From the NCBI GenBank assembly GCA_963842945.1, contig CAWJIM010000019.1, forward strand, positions 448,001-512,000: DNA of 64,000 bases. Reading direction: 5' to 3'. The stretch is from an uncultured Gemmatimonadales bacterium. Its GTDB lineage: Bacteria > Gemmatimonadota > Gemmatimonadetes > Gemmatimonadales > GWC2-71-9. Positions 51,701-61,432 of the stretch are shown here, in pieces. The position numbers and the translations under genes were made by a program. The notes below the pieces were generated by a model. That model worked only from the letters and a program-made list of their open reading frames with translations, did not search any database and was not told the DNA's origin. Position 1 is the first letter of the stretch. Every line of letters begins with the position of its first letter.

Positions 51701-53038
51701 TTAGATCTGCCGGCGTACGCGGTTCAAGGTCCGCTCGTATTCCGAGCGGGAACCCGGGGTCAGTCTCAGCCGGCCAAAGCCGGTATCATCCTCGAAGTAC
51801 AGCGCCAGCCGATAGTTGAGGTAGGTCCAGCGGACGATTCGCCCGGCTTGGCCCGGCGTACTTTCGATACTCTCATCGGGCGCTCCCAGGTTGATGAAGA
51901 CTTCGCCGCGATCGGTGCGCCAGCCGGGAACGCCTTCATCGTTGAACCGCGTGTTCGCGGTGCTGATGCGGCCGAAATACTGATTTAGAGCCTCGTTCTC
52001 CGGCGTGGCTGGATTGGGATCAGTCTCGGCGTAGAACTGGCGCCACAGGCTGGAGCGCTGGGAGGCCGGTGCCTTGCGCATGGCATCGACCCGCGCGTCC
52101 TGACCAAAGAAGCGCAGCAGATCCAGCATTTCATCGAAGTTGGTAATCACCCACGCCTGCGAAAATGACACTAGGGCGGAGACCGTCCGCTGCTGCGGTC
52201 CATCACCGACCTCGAGCTTCAACTCTCCCAGCGAGATGCTGTCCGGCGCCAGCCGAATCACCTGGCTCTCGACTGGCCGTCCGCCTCGAAATCGAAGCGA
52301 ATCGGTATAGATGACCTCTTGCTGTTCATCCAGTACCTCGAACGGCACTGTGGTCGGACCGGGAAAGTCGTAACCCTCGATGTACGCCAGGAGCGTGTCG
52401 GAGCCATAGCCTACCGCGCCCCGTGAGTTGAGCACCACCGACAGCGGATCGGCTCGGGTGGCACGTCCGGTGGCCTGGTAGGTCAGGATGGGAGCGGAGG
52501 TGGTGCCCGCTGGAAAGCTGGGAGCGTCATACCGGCCCTGAGCTCGGCTCTCCGCGGTGGAGCTGGCGTCGCGCACCGTGACGGTGACGTTGTAGGCGCC
52601 CGGCGTCAGCCGGAGCACCTGCTGAAACAGTACGCTCTCGTCGGCTCGCAGGGTTTCTTGAAAGGTTGGGACCCGCACGATTTCATCCCGGGTCAGCTCG
52701 ACCGCGCGAATGCCAGGCCGCTGAAAGGAGATGCTGACTCGGTAGCGGGCCACGAACAGATTGCCATCACGCTGAAAAGCCAGGGCGCGATTTTCCAGGG
52801 AAAGGCCCAGGAGAGTGAGGACGGAATCACCGGGACCGGCGGCGAATGCCACGGTTCCGATGAACGGAAGGGGCTCGCCGGCGGCCAGACGACCGAGCCG
52901 CTGATAAAACGCCGGGGCGTTGACCACCTGGCTCAGCTGGTCTGCGGGCGCAGGGGCTTCCTTGCTGCCGACTCTTTTCCAGCTGCCGCAGCCGATCGCG
53001 GTTGCGCCGAGCAGCACTGTGGTTACCGACCAGCGCAT
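51701..53038 (-). CDS. GWxTD domain-containing lipoprotein
   Basis: Lipobox-like AIGC; DPNPATPENE, PGWRTDRGEVFINLGAPD. Confidence 0.9.
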   Translation of the reverse strand: MRWSVTTVLLGATAIGCGSWKRVGSKEAPAPADQLSQVVNAPAFYQRLGRLAAGEPLPFIGTVAFAAGPGDSVLTLLGLSLENRALAFQRDGNLFVARYRVSISFQRPGIRAVELTRDEIVRVPTFQETLRADESVLFQQVLRLTPGAYNVTVTVRDASSTAESRAQGRYDAPSFPAGTTSAPILTYQATGRATRADPLSVVLNSRGAVGYGSDTLLAYIEGYDFPGPTTVPFEVLDEQQEVIYTDSLRFRGGRPVESQVIRLAPDSISLGELKLEVGDGPQQRTVSALVSFSQAWVITNFDEMLDLLRFFGQDARVDAMRKAPASQRSSLWRQFYAETDPNPATPENEALNQYFGRISTANTRFNDEGVPGWRTDRGEVFINLGAPDESIESTPGQAGRIVRWTYLNYRLALYFEDDTGFGRLRLTPGSRSEYERTLNRVRRQI

Positions 53039-53179
53039 GAATTCTCCCAAGTGAGCCGCAGCAAGCCGCCGACCATGCAGGATTGCGAAGGTTAGTGACG
53101 CGGCAGGAGAGGCGTCAAGCACAAGGATTGAAGCATTCAACTTGCTGTGTCCTGCGGAATTAACTAGCTTGGCCACTCC

Positions 53180-54079
53180 ATGAACACCGACACGCTGACC
53201 GGCCGGACCATCGCGGGATACCACCTGACCAAGTATGTCGGTGAGGGTGGAACCGCCACGGTTTACCGCGCCGAGCACCCCGAGCGAGGCGTGGCAGCCG
53301 TAAAGATTTTGCGCTCGCGACTGGCCCAGGACCCAGTGGCAGTCAAGCGATTCCTTCGAGAAGCGGAATATGGTGCGCGGGTAAATCACCCGAACATCGT
53401 CCGGACCTACGACTTCGGACAGGCCGACGGCCTGCATTATCTCGCGCTGGAATGGGCAGACGGCGAGCCACTGGCCGAGTTCGTCAACCGGTCGGGGCCA
53501 CTCGCGCCGGCGCTGGTGGCGAAGATCGTAGAGCAGATTGGGGCCGCGCTGACGTCGGCTCACCGGGCCGGGATCATTCATCGCGATCTCAAGCCGGCCA
53601 ACATCATGTACGATCCGGCGCAGCAAACCGCCAAGCTGCTCGACTTCGGCATCGCTCGCGATGCCGAGCTCAGCCCCGAAGAGAGACTGACCCGGGCCGG
53701 ATTCTTTGTAGGAACCCTGCAGTATGTAGCGCCGGAAACCCTCAGTGGCGAGCTGGTCAAGGAACAGGCTGACGTTTACAGCCTGGCAACCATCGCCTAT
53801 TACCTCCTGACCGGATGCCTCCCGTTTACCGGGAAGAGTCCGCGGGAACTATTCCAGCAGCTGCTCACCCAGTCGCCCATTCCCCTGAACGAAGCTCGCC
53901 GGGGGCTCAAATTCCCCGCTGCAGTTGAGGCCACGGTGATGCAGGGGTTGCAGCGGGATCTCTCCAAGCGATCTCGTACGATCGAGGAGTTTGCGCAGGC
54001 CTTCTGCGCAGCGGTACGGGATGAAGCGCCCAAGCGGACGGGATTTCTCGCCGGACTATTCCGCAAGGGAAGCGAATGA
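53180..54079 (+). CDS. Hanks-type Ser/Thr protein kinase (catalytic domain only)
   Basis: GEGG, AVK, HRDLKPAN, DFG, GTLQYVAPE. Confidence 0.95.
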   Translation: MNTDTLTGRTIAGYHLTKYVGEGGTATVYRAEHPERGVAAVKILRSRLAQDPVAVKRFLREAEYGARVNHPNIVRTYDFGQADGLHYLALEWADGEPLAEFVNRSGPLAPALVAKIVEQIGAALTSAHRAGIIHRDLKPANIMYDPAQQTAKLLDFGIARDAELSPEERLTRAGFFVGTLQYVAPETLSGELVKEQADVYSLATIAYYLLTGCLPFTGKSPRELFQQLLTQSPIPLNEARRGLKFPAAVEATVMQGLQRDLSKRSRTIEEFAQAFCAAVRDEAPKRTGFLAGLFRKGSE

Positions 54080-54627
54080 CCGACGACGAGTCGCTCCGGC
54101 GTGTGTTGCTGGAGCGCTCGGTTGAGCGGGGAGACTTCGTTCTTGCGTCGGGCCGGCGCTCCTCCTACTACATCGATTGCCGCCGCTCAACGATGTCCGC
54201 AGAGGGCATGGTGCTGATTGGGCGCCTGGGTTGGGGTGCCATCCAACGGGCCGGCTGGCAACCCGCGGCCGTTGGAGGACTCACCATGGGGGCTGACCCT
54301 GTGGCGTATGCCATCGCCGCGGCCAGCTTCGGCAATCCGCATGCGGTCGACGCCTTCAGCGTGCGCAAGGAAGCGAAGGGTCACGGTACCGGCCGCCTCA
54401 TTGAAGGAAACTTCAAGGCCGGAGCCACGGTGGTCATTGTGGAAGACGTCATCACCACCGGCGACTCCGCTCAGCGCGCTATCCAGGCAGTCGAACAGTC
54501 CGGCGGCAGCGTGGTTGGCGTGCTGGCGGTGGTCGATCGGCAGGAGGGGGGCCGCCAGGCCCTGGAACAGCGCGGCCACCCAGTTGTCGCTCTTACTACT
54601 GTTCGTGAGCTCGGCCTGACCCCGTGA
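54076..54627 (+). CDS. pyrE: Orotate phosphoribosyltransferase
   Basis: FVLASG..SSYYIDCR, VRKEAKGHG, VEDVITTG. Confidence 0.95.
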   Translation: MTDDESLRRVLLERSVERGDFVLASGRRSSYYIDCRRSTMSAEGMVLIGRLGWGAIQRAGWQPAAVGGLTMGADPVAYAIAAASFGNPHAVDAFSVRKEAKGHGTGRLIEGNFKAGATVVIVEDVITTGDSAQRAIQAVEQSGGSVVGVLAVVDRQEGGRQALEQRGHPVVALTTVRELGLTP

Positions 54628-55040
54628 GTCGACGGCGGGTGGGGCAGGTGTTGGCCGGCTTAGTGGCCGTGGCCATGTTCACATGCGCGGCATTGGAGGC
54701 GCACCGTTCCGCCATTCCAGCGGTCAAGGTATACGATGGATACTGGATGATGCTCGGCGCAGCTATCGGGATGCTCGTGGTGGGGCCCCTGGTCTGGCGC
54801 TGGCCGCGGGAGCGCTCGCTGGTGGCAATCCTGATCACGGCGGTTGCGGGTAGTGCGGCGCCGCTCCTCATCTCAGCGTTCCGCCACCGCATGCCCCTTC
54901 AGGCCCGACTGCGAGGTGCCTGGTTCATCGGTGGGGCAGATGTGGTCGGCCCGGCACTGGTGATCGGCTGTATGTGTCTATGGTTTGCGCTCCGAGAGTA
55001 CGGTGCCAGGGAACCGCAGCCGTCTTCGAGCACCCAATGA
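54624..55040 (+). CDS. Hypothetical membrane protein
   Basis: About four hydrophobic segments; overlaps both neighbours by 4 nt. Confidence 0.65.
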   Translation: MSRRRVGQVLAGLVAVAMFTCAALEAHRSAIPAVKVYDGYWMMLGAAIGMLVVGPLVWRWPRERSLVAILITAVAGSAAPLLISAFRHRMPLQARLRGAWFIGGADVVGPALVIGCMCLWFALREYGAREPQPSSSTQ

Positions 55041-55513
55041 CTGACAATCTGGGCATCTATCTCAACGATCACCTAGCAGGCTCCGTTATGGCGCTGGAGC
55101 TGCTGGATCACCTGATCGATTTGCCTGAGGCCCCCGAGCCGGGGCTGCTTACCCAACTGCGAAGCGAGATCCAGGAAGATCAGCAGGTTCTCCGGCAGCT
55201 ACTCAGGTCAGTAGGGGCGAAGGAGAGCCCGGTTCGAAAGGCGGCCGCGTGGCTGACGGAGAAGCTGGGCCGGGCCAAGCTTCGGATAGACGATAGCGGC
55301 ACCGGTGCGCTCCGACTTCTCGAGGCACTGGAGACCCTGGCCTTAGGGATCCAGGGGAAGCTGGCGCTCTGGCGCAGTCTGGCCACTCTGGGGGAGGCTG
55401 TTCCTCAGCTCAAGACCGTGGATCTCACCAGACTGCAGGCTAGGGCCCTCGACCAGTTCCAGCGGGTCGACCGGCTGCGCCTGCAGGTGACCCGACAAGC
55501 ACTGACGCCCTGA
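55037..55513 (+). CDS. Hypothetical helical (ferritin-like) protein
   Basis: IYLNDHLAGS, EIQED, LE.L.LGI.GK.ALW pattern. Confidence 0.75.
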   Translation: MTDNLGIYLNDHLAGSVMALELLDHLIDLPEAPEPGLLTQLRSEIQEDQQVLRQLLRSVGAKESPVRKAAAWLTEKLGRAKLRIDDSGTGALRLLEALETLALGIQGKLALWRSLATLGEAVPQLKTVDLTRLQARALDQFQRVDRLRLQVTRQALTP

Positions 55514-55630
55514 GCCGACGCCGGACAGAAGCAATACAGAGCCCTGCAAGTTGTTGCACGCATTGACGTAGCATGGCACCGGGACCGAACTTCCGCCGAC
55601 CCCTGTCCCTCTCACAATTTGGAGCCAGCC

Positions 55631-56467
55631 ATGCCTACGCCGCACGCGCCCATGGGCACGTCGCCGCGCCAGCTCATCAATCCGCGTGAGCGTTTCTTAT
55701 ACGCCATCATTCTGGTTGTGAGTCTGTTGGTCTATGGTGGGCTCGTGTTCGCCACCCTGTCCGATCCGAAGCTGGGAGCCACCGTGGTGGCCTACGGAAT
55801 GGTGTTCTCGCTGCTGGGAATCTTCGCCCACGGATTGGCTCTGGGGCAGATCCGGGGGAATTCGGTTCGCGTATCCGAGCGACAGTTTCCGTTGCTTCAT
55901 CGGGTCGCCGCCGCACATGCGCGCCGGCTGGGCCTGTCCCGGGTGCCGGACGTATATGTGATGCAGTCGGGCGGACTCCTCAATGCTTTCGCCACCCGGT
56001 TCTTGGGCCGCGATTTCGTGGTGGTGTACTCGGACGTACTCGAGCTGGCGTTGGCCCAAGGCGAAGCGGCAGTAGGTTTCATCATCGGCCACGAGCTGGC
56101 CCACGTCTGGCGCGGGCACCTGAAGCATCGCTGGCTGACCACCCCCGGGCGTCTCTTGCCCTATCTGGGTGCGGCGTACTCGCGGGCCTGCGAGTATACC
56201 TGCGACCGAGTGGGCGCATTCTGTCAGCCGGAAGGTGCCATTAGCGGATTGCTGGCGCTCGCGGCCGGAAAGCAGCTTCACCCCCATGTCGACGTTCGGG
56301 AGTATGCCGCTCAGGCCGAAGCCGACGAGGGTTTCTGGATCCGGCGGGCCGAGCTGATTTCCTCTCATCCCCGGCTTCCCAAGAGGGTTGCCGCTCTGCT
56401 GAAGGCCGGTGTGACCATCCCGACGCAGAGGCAGTGGGCCGCCATGCCCGGGAGCGCGGCGGCGTGA
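55631..56467 (+). CDS. M48 family metallopeptidase
   Basis: NAFA, GHELAH, SRACEYTCD, SHP. Confidence 0.92.
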   Translation: MPTPHAPMGTSPRQLINPRERFLYAIILVVSLLVYGGLVFATLSDPKLGATVVAYGMVFSLLGIFAHGLALGQIRGNSVRVSERQFPLLHRVAAAHARRLGLSRVPDVYVMQSGGLLNAFATRFLGRDFVVVYSDVLELALAQGEAAVGFIIGHELAHVWRGHLKHRWLTTPGRLLPYLGAAYSRACEYTCDRVGAFCQPEGAISGLLALAAGKQLHPHVDVREYAAQAEADEGFWIRRAELISSHPRLPKRVAALLKAGVTIPTQRQWAAMPGSAAA

Positions 56468-56491
56468 GGCAGGCCATTTGAAGGAGGAGCC

Positions 56492-57058
56492 ATGGCACGC
56501 CGAATCCGTTATCAGATGGACAAGGTTACCGCTGAGCCCGGCGAAGAACGAGCATCCACCTGGACCTTCGCCGGGCAAAAGCTCTCGGGTGTGGAGCTGA
56601 CCTACCTCGTCCGGGACAGCAACTTTCCCTCTCGCAATGAGTGGGAGTTCGTGGTCCGAATTCCGCGGGACCCCGGAGAGCGAATCGAGGTTCGGCCCCG
56701 AACCACACCAAATCTCCGGGCGTGGGCCGAGCTGCCGGATCGATCGCTCACCTTCTCCCGTGCCACCAAAGGAACGGCGCGCGGCAAATGGTACTGTCAG
56801 GTGGCGTTGGCAGACCCGACCGGCAACAAGAGCAGAGATATCGTCCGAGGCGACGAGCGGGGATTGCTCCCCGGCTGGTTCACTGCCATCAAGGGTAGAA
56901 TGCGGGTGAAGGCCAAGGTGAAGAACACTCGAGGAACCGACGCCCAGACTCTGGTGGTGCTGGTTTCTTCCGGTGATTACGTCGGAATGATCCGGCTGTT
57001 CTTTGCCACCAAGGTCTGGATTCTGAAGGAGCGCTTTGCCCTCCCAGCAGCGGTGTAG
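56492..57058 (+). CDS. Hypothetical protein
   Basis: Strong AGGAGG SD, 188-aa ORF in operon; no family recognised. Confidence 0.75.
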   Translation: MARRIRYQMDKVTAEPGEERASTWTFAGQKLSGVELTYLVRDSNFPSRNEWEFVVRIPRDPGERIEVRPRTTPNLRAWAELPDRSLTFSRATKGTARGKWYCQVALADPTGNKSRDIVRGDERGLLPGWFTAIKGRMRVKAKVKNTRGTDAQTLVVLVSSGDYVGMIRLFFATKVWILKERFALPAAV

Positions 57059-57500
57059 TGCCTGCGACGAGATAGCGGGACAGGTTTCGGCACCCGGTGG
57101 GGTGATTCACAGCGACGGGCTCTGGTTCGTCAGTCACCACACTGGTCCGTACGCCGACCCGGGTGAGCTGATCGTCAAAGCCCACCGGCACTGCGAGTCT
57201 CTGGCGGAGCTGACCGGAGAAGAGGCGCACGCGCTGGGACCAGTGCTCCACGCGGCCGTCCGGGCCCTGGAGCGGGTGGTGGCCGCGGAGCGCATCTACG
57301 CCGTATCTTTCAATGAGCGAGTTCGGCACGTTCATTTCCTCCTCCTCCCCCGCACCGCCGCTATGCCCCGGGGCCATGTCATTTCGGATCTGTACCGGAG
57401 AGCACGCAACCTGCTGCGCAGCGCCCGCGTGCTCCGGAACCCCACCGCCGCCGAGCGGGCAGATGTCGCCGGGCGTATTCGCGCTGAATGGCGGCCTTGA
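57036..57500 (+). CDS. HIT family protein
   Basis: CSAC, PGELIV...H, HVHFLLLPR. Confidence 0.8.
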   Translation: MPSQQRCSACDEIAGQVSAPGGVIHSDGLWFVSHHTGPYADPGELIVKAHRHCESLAELTGEEAHALGPVLHAAVRALERVVAAERIYAVSFNERVRHVHFLLLPRTAAMPRGHVISDLYRRARNLLRSARVLRNPTAAERADVAGRIRAEWRP

Positions 57501-58036
57501 ACGGTTCCATCACCCGCCTCGACAATGACGCCGACGCGCAGCGCTGCGCCCGCCTCATGGCCGGCTCGGAGCCCTGGCTGACTCTGGGCCGGACCTACGA
57601 CGCCTGTCTTGCCATCATCCAGGATCCCACCCGCGAAGTGTTCCTGCTCAACACCGAGGCCAGGCTTGCCGGTTTCGTGATCATCTGCATGACGGGAGCC
57701 TTCGTCGGATACATCCAGACGATCTGCATCGACCCTGCCCGGCGGGGGCAGGGGCTGGGCACCCTGCTGGTGGAGTTTGCGGAGCGCCGAATCCTTGCCG
57801 AATCGCCCAACGTTTTCCTCTGCGTTTCCTCCTTTAATCCCGACGCACGACGCCTCTACGAACGCCTCGGCTATCAGGTGATTGGCGAGCTCACTGACTA
57901 TCTGGTGCGAGGGCATTCTGAGTTTCTCCTCCGAAAGACATCGGGCCCCCTCACCGGATTTCGTCCCGAGGCTTTCGTCGAGCTCGGCAGTCGGAGCGGG
58001 GATGGCGCCCCCTCAGGAGTGAAGGTAGGATCGGGC
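57488..58036 (+). CDS. GNAT family N-acetyltransferase (no stop seen; reads through into the next ORF)
   Basis: RRGQGLG acetyl-CoA motif, FNPDARRLYERLGY. Confidence 0.85.
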
Positions 58037-58279
58037 ATGCGGGAAGCCCGTCTCAAGCCCGAATTCGCCGACGTTTATCCCACCCTGACTCCAGGGCAGT
58101 GGGAGCCAGCCGCGCGGGTGGCGGAGGTGGTGCTGGCCCGACTCCTTCTGCTCGAGATATCCGAGGCACCGCTGCACGACCGGGTTCTGAATGAGGAGCA
58201 CTTCGAGTTTCGGGGAGAGACCCCTGATGGCGCCCCGAGACACGCCCGCTCGCGTCCGGCGGACGAGGAAGAGTCCTGA
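58037..58279 (+). CDS. Small hypothetical protein, probably a separate gene
   Basis: ATG preceded by AGGA; MREARLKPEFADVYP..GQW..HFEFRG; in frame with the GNAT. Confidence 0.6.
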   Translation: MREARLKPEFADVYPTLTPGQWEPAARVAEVVLARLLLLEISEAPLHDRVLNEEHFEFRGETPDGAPRHARSRPADEEES

Positions 58280-58809
58280 TGGAAGATCCGCGTTACCCCA
58301 TTGGCCCCTTTACCTTCGACGGAAAGGTGTCGCCCCAGTTTCGGGAGCGTTGGATCGGCGACATTGCGGCTACACCGGGTGCCTTACGCGCGGCCGTCAC
58401 CGACCTTACACCGACGCAGCTGGACACGCCCTATCGGGATGGTGGCTGGACCGTGCGGCAGGTCGTGCACCACGTGCCTGACAGCCACCTCAATGCCTAT
58501 ACCCGGCTGAAACTGGCATTGACCGAGGATGAGCCGGTGATCAAGCCCTATGATGAGGCGCGCTGGGCCGAGCTGGCTGACGTACAAGCAACGCCGGTAG
58601 AAACGTCGCTGACCCTGCTCGAATGCCTGCACCGGCGCTGGGTTCTATTGCTGCGCTCACTGGGACCGAAGGAAATGAGCCGGCGCTTTCGGCATCCTGA
58701 GCACAACCGCAGCATCGGCCTGGACGAGATGCTTGCCATGTATGCCTGGCACGGCCGGCACCATGTAGCCCATATCACCGCGCTCCGCTCCCGAATGGGA
58801 TGGGAATAG
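58279..58809 (+). CDS. YfiT/BstA family bacillithiol transferase
   Basis: DPRYPIG, TPYRDGGWTVRQVVHHVPDSH, YAWHGRHHVAHI. Confidence 0.93.
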   Translation: MEDPRYPIGPFTFDGKVSPQFRERWIGDIAATPGALRAAVTDLTPTQLDTPYRDGGWTVRQVVHHVPDSHLNAYTRLKLALTEDEPVIKPYDEARWAELADVQATPVETSLTLLECLHRRWVLLLRSLGPKEMSRRFRHPEHNRSIGLDEMLAMYAWHGRHHVAHITALRSRMGWE

Positions 58810-58828
58810 CCACCCGCATGAAGAGTCG

Positions 58829-59182
58829 TTGTCCGTGAACTCGGTCCTCCTTCGTACCGCCGGCCTGCTGCTGCTCTCCAACATCTTCATGACATTTGCC
58901 TGGTACGCTCACCTGCGAAACCTGGCGGACAAACCGTGGTACCTGGCTGCGATCATCAGCTGGAGTATTGCGCTATTCGAATATCTCCTGCAGGTGCCGG
59001 CAAACCGAATAGGCTACACGGCACTATCGCTGGCGCAGCTCAAGATCATACAGGAAGTCATTACCCTGCTCGTTTTCGCGCCGTTTGCGGTGATCTACAT
59101 GAAGCAACCCATCAAGCTGGACTATCTCTGGGCCGCTCTGTGCCTGGTCGGCGCAGTGTATTTCGTCTTCCGCTCCCCTTGA
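58829..59182 (+). CDS. DMT family protein (DUF486-type)
   Basis: SNIFMTFAWYAHL, EYLLQVPANRIG, QLKIIQEVITL. Confidence 0.92.
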   Translation: MSVNSVLLRTAGLLLLSNIFMTFAWYAHLRNLADKPWYLAAIISWSIALFEYLLQVPANRIGYTALSLAQLKIIQEVITLLVFAPFAVIYMKQPIKLDYLWAALCLVGAVYFVFRSP

Positions 59183-60402
59183 TGCGGATCCACCCAGGGT
59201 GTTCCTGGCCTCTCCTTGCCGGCATACTCGTAGCGCTGCCGGCCCACGCCCAGGGCGCGCACGAGCGAGCCCGGGACATCGGCATTCCGCTCGACGGTAC
59301 TCCCGGGCCCCTGAACGCGATTACCGATGTGCCCGGCGTGACAGTGGGACACACGACGTTGATCGACGGCAGCGGCGCGCTGCGCGTAGGCGTCGGGCCG
59401 GTTCGCACCGGCGTGACGGCCGTTTTCCCTCGAGGCAAGGGCGATCTGTCGCCGGTTTTTGCCGGCTGGTTCAGCCTGAACGGCAACGGAGAGATGACCG
59501 GCACGGCGTGGATAGAGGATTACGGGGTGATGCCCTACCCGGTAACCATCACCAATACCAACAGCGTGGGCACCGTACGGGACGCGGTGATCGAGTGGGG
59601 CCGGACCCGGCTCACGGACGTGTTCAACTGCTGCCTGCCGGTGGTGGCAGAGACGTGGGACGGCGACCTGAATGACATCTACGGCTTTCACGTCAAGAAA
59701 CAGCATGTGTTTGCCGCACTGGACTCGGCGAGGGCCGGGCCGGTGTCCGAGGGAAACATCGGCGGCGGCACCGGAATGCAGTGCCTGGGGTTCAAAGGCG
59801 GGATTGGAACGTCCAGCCGGCATCTCTCGGGCAAAAGCGGCGGGTTCACCGTGGGTGCGCTGGTTCAGTGCAACTTCGGGCTCCGGCGACAGCTGCGCAT
59901 AGCGGGAGTGCCGGTCGGTGAACAGATCTCAGGAAGCGAATCCTGCTACGACACTGATGCCCCGCTCAGCGCAGAACTTGCTCCTATGCGCTGTCCCGGA
60001 CGCCGAAACGTGTCGCGCGAGCACGGGTCGATCATTGTAGTGCTGGCGACGAATGCTCCGCTGCTTCCGCATCAATTGCGACGCCTGGCGCGTCGGGCCG
60101 CGTTGGGAATCGGGCGCATGGGCGGCATTTCTGGCGCAGGCTCGGGTGATCTGTTTCTGGCCTTTTCCACCGCGCGAATTAACCGCCCTAACAGTTCCGG
60201 GGTGGCCTCAGTGGGCATGCTCCAGGACGGCCGAATCGACCCGGTGTACGAGGCGGCGGTGCAGGCTACCGAGGAGGCGATCATCAACGCGCTCCTGGCC
60301 GCCGAAACCATGACCGGCGCCGATGACCTGCGAGTGCCGGCTTTGCCGCACGACCAACTCCGTCAAATACTCCGCAAGTTTGGACGCCTTCGAGCTGAGT
60401 AG
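59182..60402 (+). CDS. P1 family (DmpA-like) aminopeptidase
   Basis: NAITDVPGV.VGH, NGNGEMTG, GGGTGM, KGGIGTSSR, GSIIVV, SGD. Confidence 0.93.
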   Translation: MRIHPGCSWPLLAGILVALPAHAQGAHERARDIGIPLDGTPGPLNAITDVPGVTVGHTTLIDGSGALRVGVGPVRTGVTAVFPRGKGDLSPVFAGWFSLNGNGEMTGTAWIEDYGVMPYPVTITNTNSVGTVRDAVIEWGRTRLTDVFNCCLPVVAETWDGDLNDIYGFHVKKQHVFAALDSARAGPVSEGNIGGGTGMQCLGFKGGIGTSSRHLSGKSGGFTVGALVQCNFGLRRQLRIAGVPVGEQISGSESCYDTDAPLSAELAPMRCPGRRNVSREHGSIIVVLATNAPLLPHQLRRLARRAALGIGRMGGISGAGSGDLFLAFSTARINRPNSSGVASVGMLQDGRIDPVYEAAVQATEEAIINALLAAETMTGADDLRVPALPHDQLRQILRKFGRLRAE

Positions 60403-60415
60403 TTGCTGCAACCCT

Positions 60416-61279
60416 TCACGGCTTTGTCCCATCCCAACTTCCTGCGGCTATAGGGTGAAACCCCCGCCAGATCGGGATGTAGGGGCTTACCATCAATTCG
60501 AGGAACCGGGCGAGCGCGCTGGGAAAGGGAAACCGCCGGCGAAACTCAGACGCGGTCAGGCCCAACATGGCGCGAAGATGCCGGCCGAAGCTCTGGGGTG
60601 AGGAATACTCCAGCCGGTAGGACACATCGGCCACCGAGAGTCCGGCGGTCTCGAAGAGGTAGGACGCATGGAGCAGGCGAATGGCCGCCAGATAATTCTT
60701 GGGCGAGGGCAGACCGGCACGGGCGAAGCGGGACATGAGTGTGCTGGGCCGGACATAGAGCCGCTGCGCCAAATGGGTTACCGTGGGAGTTTCGGGCGCG
60801 AGCCGAACGAGTGCCTCGACGAAGAGGCGTGCATCGGCCGGCGCCTCGCGGAGGGCCTCCAGGATGGGGCCCTGGATCCGGGCGACCGCCCGGGTGGCCG
60901 GTTGGCCGACCACTTGACGGAGGCGGCTCCAGCCGGTGGGGGAGGTGACGTCGACCACCTGCCGAACCCCCGACGCCCCCAGGCGAAGCAGCATTTCGGT
61001 GGAGCTCGGGTCGTGCTGTGAGATGAGCGCGACGGTGGGAATGCCGGGAAATTCCCGGACGAGGTTGCCCAGTACTTCGACCTGCTCCGGGCCGCAGCGG
61101 TGGACCGAGACCAGGACCGCATCCACCGGACGCTCGCGAACGATGCGCACAGCCTCCGGAATGGTGTCCCGGTGAACGACGGCAAAGCAGCCGCTGCCCG
61201 CGGCATCCACCCGGGGCCGTTCCACCGGCAACAGGACCGTTGCTATGGTGGGAGAGCCCTCGCCCCAACTGAGTGCCAC
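60416..61279 (-). CDS. AraC-type HTH regulator with a degenerate receiver-like N-domain
   Basis: SVADVSYRLEYSSPQSFGRH C-terminal HTH; RPVDAVLVSV...PTVALIS N-domain. Confidence 0.85.
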   Translation of the reverse strand: MALSWGEGSPTIATVLLPVERPRVDAAGSGCFAVVHRDTIPEAVRIVRERPVDAVLVSVHRCGPEQVEVLGNLVREFPGIPTVALISQHDPSSTEMLLRLGASGVRQVVDVTSPTGWSRLRQVVGQPATRAVARIQGPILEALREAPADARLFVEALVRLAPETPTVTHLAQRLYVRPSTLMSRFARAGLPSPKNYLAAIRLLHASYLFETAGLSVADVSYRLEYSSPQSFGRHLRAMLGLTASEFRRRFPFPSALARFLELMVSPYIPIWRGFHPIAAGSWDGTKP

Positions 61280-61432
61280 ACCATCCTCCCGTAAGGTCGT
61301 GCGGGAGGGTACGTCTGATACGTCAAAGAAGATTAAATCTGAAACGGCGCGAAGCTCGGCCTCGTCGGGTTGAAAGTGCGCGACAACTGGGAAAGCTGGG
61401 TGTACTTTTCAGTCCCCCTCACTGGTCCTGAC

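Noticed and set aside
57488..58279. Genuine GNAT fusion with a novel C-terminal domain
   Set aside because: A low-complexity linker and an internal SD plus ATG at 58037 suggest two genes joined by a lost stop or indel.
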